Assembly (NCBI RefSeq): GCF_001194135.2
Contig: NC_068989.1
Span: 35,082,429 to 35,135,429 of the forward strand
Length of the DNA: 53,001 bases
Source: Octopus bimaculoides
Taxonomy: Eukaryota
Direction: 5' to 3'
Position numbers and translations under genes: made by a program. The notes under the pieces are model-generated. The model saw only the letters and a list, made by a program, of their open reading frames with translations, searched no databases and was not told the origin of the DNA. Shown here piece after piece: positions 51,653 to 53,001 of this stretch. The number at the start of each line of letters is the position of its first letter. The stretch's first letter is position 1.

Positions 51653-52121
51653 TTTTGTTTTGGTATAAGAGATGGGCTACAGCAAATATTCTGCTCAACA
51701 CCACAGATTTGCTTGTCAGTTGTTTGACCTTAACTAGTTGAGCATGTCTCTCAGTGGCTGACAATATGTGCATTTCTGATCACCAGTAGAAGTAGTGGGG
51801 GAGCATCATAGCCATGTTATGAGAGGAGAATAATATACCTCTGGAAACATGGGTGTTTTGTTTATCATCTTTAAATAAACCTTATTCAAGGACCTTTGGA
51901 GCGGGATGGACTACTCAATGTGAAGAAAATTCTAACTGGCCCACCCCCTGCAAGGTCATGCGCTGTTTATCTTGATATGAGATCACCATGCCGGGCACAT
52001 ATAGTTGTGATGCATGTATCCTGTGTAAGCTTATCAGACGGGTAGTCATGATGAGTATATTGGACTTCGTGCATTTGTACTCTAGTATCACTTTGATGGC
52101 ATGCTCTGCTCTCTCACTCAC
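51651..52121 (+). mobile_element. Non-coding retroelement 3' segment embedded in (TAA)n
   Basis: About 470 bp of complex sequence flanked on both sides by long (AAT)n, ending CTCTCTCACTCAC(TAA)n. Confidence 0.55.
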
Positions 52122-52141
52122 TAATAATAATAATAATAATG

Positions 52142-52176
<35 letters not shown>

Positions 52177-52556
52177 TCTTTTCAATTTTGGCACAAGGTC
52201 AAGTATTTTGAGATGAGGAGAAAGTCGTTTACAACGACTCTAGTCTGTGACTGGTACTTTATTTAATCAACCTCGAAAGGATGAAAGCAAAGCTGATCTC
52301 CGCGAGATTTGAACTCAGAACATAAAGAGCCGGAAGAAATGTTAAGCTTTTTGTTCGACGCGCTAACAATTCTGTCAAATTGCCTCCAACTTTTGGCAAG
52401 GTCATCAATGTTTAGGGGGAGGGCTTAGTCGATTCCATCGACCTCAGTGTTCAACTTGTAATTACTTTATCGACCGCGAAATGACGGAAGGAAAGTTAAC
52501 CTAGGAGCAATTGGAACTCAGAACGTAAAGAGTTGGAAAAAATGTTATTGAACATT

Positions 52557-52610
<54 letters not shown>

Positions 52611-52720
52611 GTAATTCTTTCTACCATAGGCACAAAGCCTGAATTTTAGCGGAGGGGCCAGTCGATTACATCGACCCCAGTGTTTAACTGGTACTTATTT
52701 CATCGATCCCGAAAGGATTA
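52177..52720 (-). mobile_element. Cluster of SINE A copies with (ATT)n tails
   Basis: Three partial copies, e.g. TTCTTTCTACCATAGGCACAAAG...CCCGAAAGG. Confidence 0.85.
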
Positions 52721-52732
52721 ATAATAATAATG

Positions 52733-52795
<63 letters not shown>

Positions 52796-53001
52796 TATTT
52801 TAAAAAGGATTGACGTAACTCTTCACGAAGGTAAATAGTCAAGACGAAGAGTGCGATTCGATTGTATAGATGTTTTATTCTTTGAACAATATTTCGACAG
52901 CACGTTTGTCTTTCTCAAGTTCAAAACAAAAGGTGATTAAAATTCAAAATTTCAGAAATCCAAACGTTAAACTATGAACGAGAGTAACCAGCGTCCATAC
53001 G

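Noticed and set aside
7177-52720. Recurring GGCAAAGTCGACCTCGGCGGAATTTGAACTC motif as a CRISPR repeat or as tRNA genes
   Set aside because: The copies are dispersed, on both strands, about 210 bp long, with tails and TSDs. They are SINEs, with no regular spacers and no complete cloverleaf.

Overview
AT-rich, microsatellite-dense eukaryotic DNA with many N gaps. The repeat families resemble those of octopus/cephalopod genomes; this is an inference from memory, not a search. There is no prokaryotic gene, CRISPR array or rRNA. The window is mostly decayed, nested transposons: a mariner with long inverted repeats, L1/Tx1-type LINE pieces, two restriction-like-endonuclease LINE pieces, CR1 and RTE pieces, Helitrons, DINE-1/HINE-like elements, a Chapaev3, hAT and pogo/Tc2 remnants, MITEs, two probable solo LTRs and many tRNA-type SINEs. 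The only host-gene candidate is a possible coding exon at 40685-41309. The main observation is one L1/Tx1-type 3' tail (...CCCCTTGTGGGCAATAAAGAAATAAGAA) shared by an ORF2-bearing LINE fragment (partial tail), an ORF1-only 'half-LINE' and a tail-swapped SINE. All three complete tails are followed by TCGTTAG, the A-box region of the commonest SINE. This suggests a site-specific retrotransposon group that targets a SINE. All coordinates, translations and mismatch counts were read by hand and may be off by a few bases.
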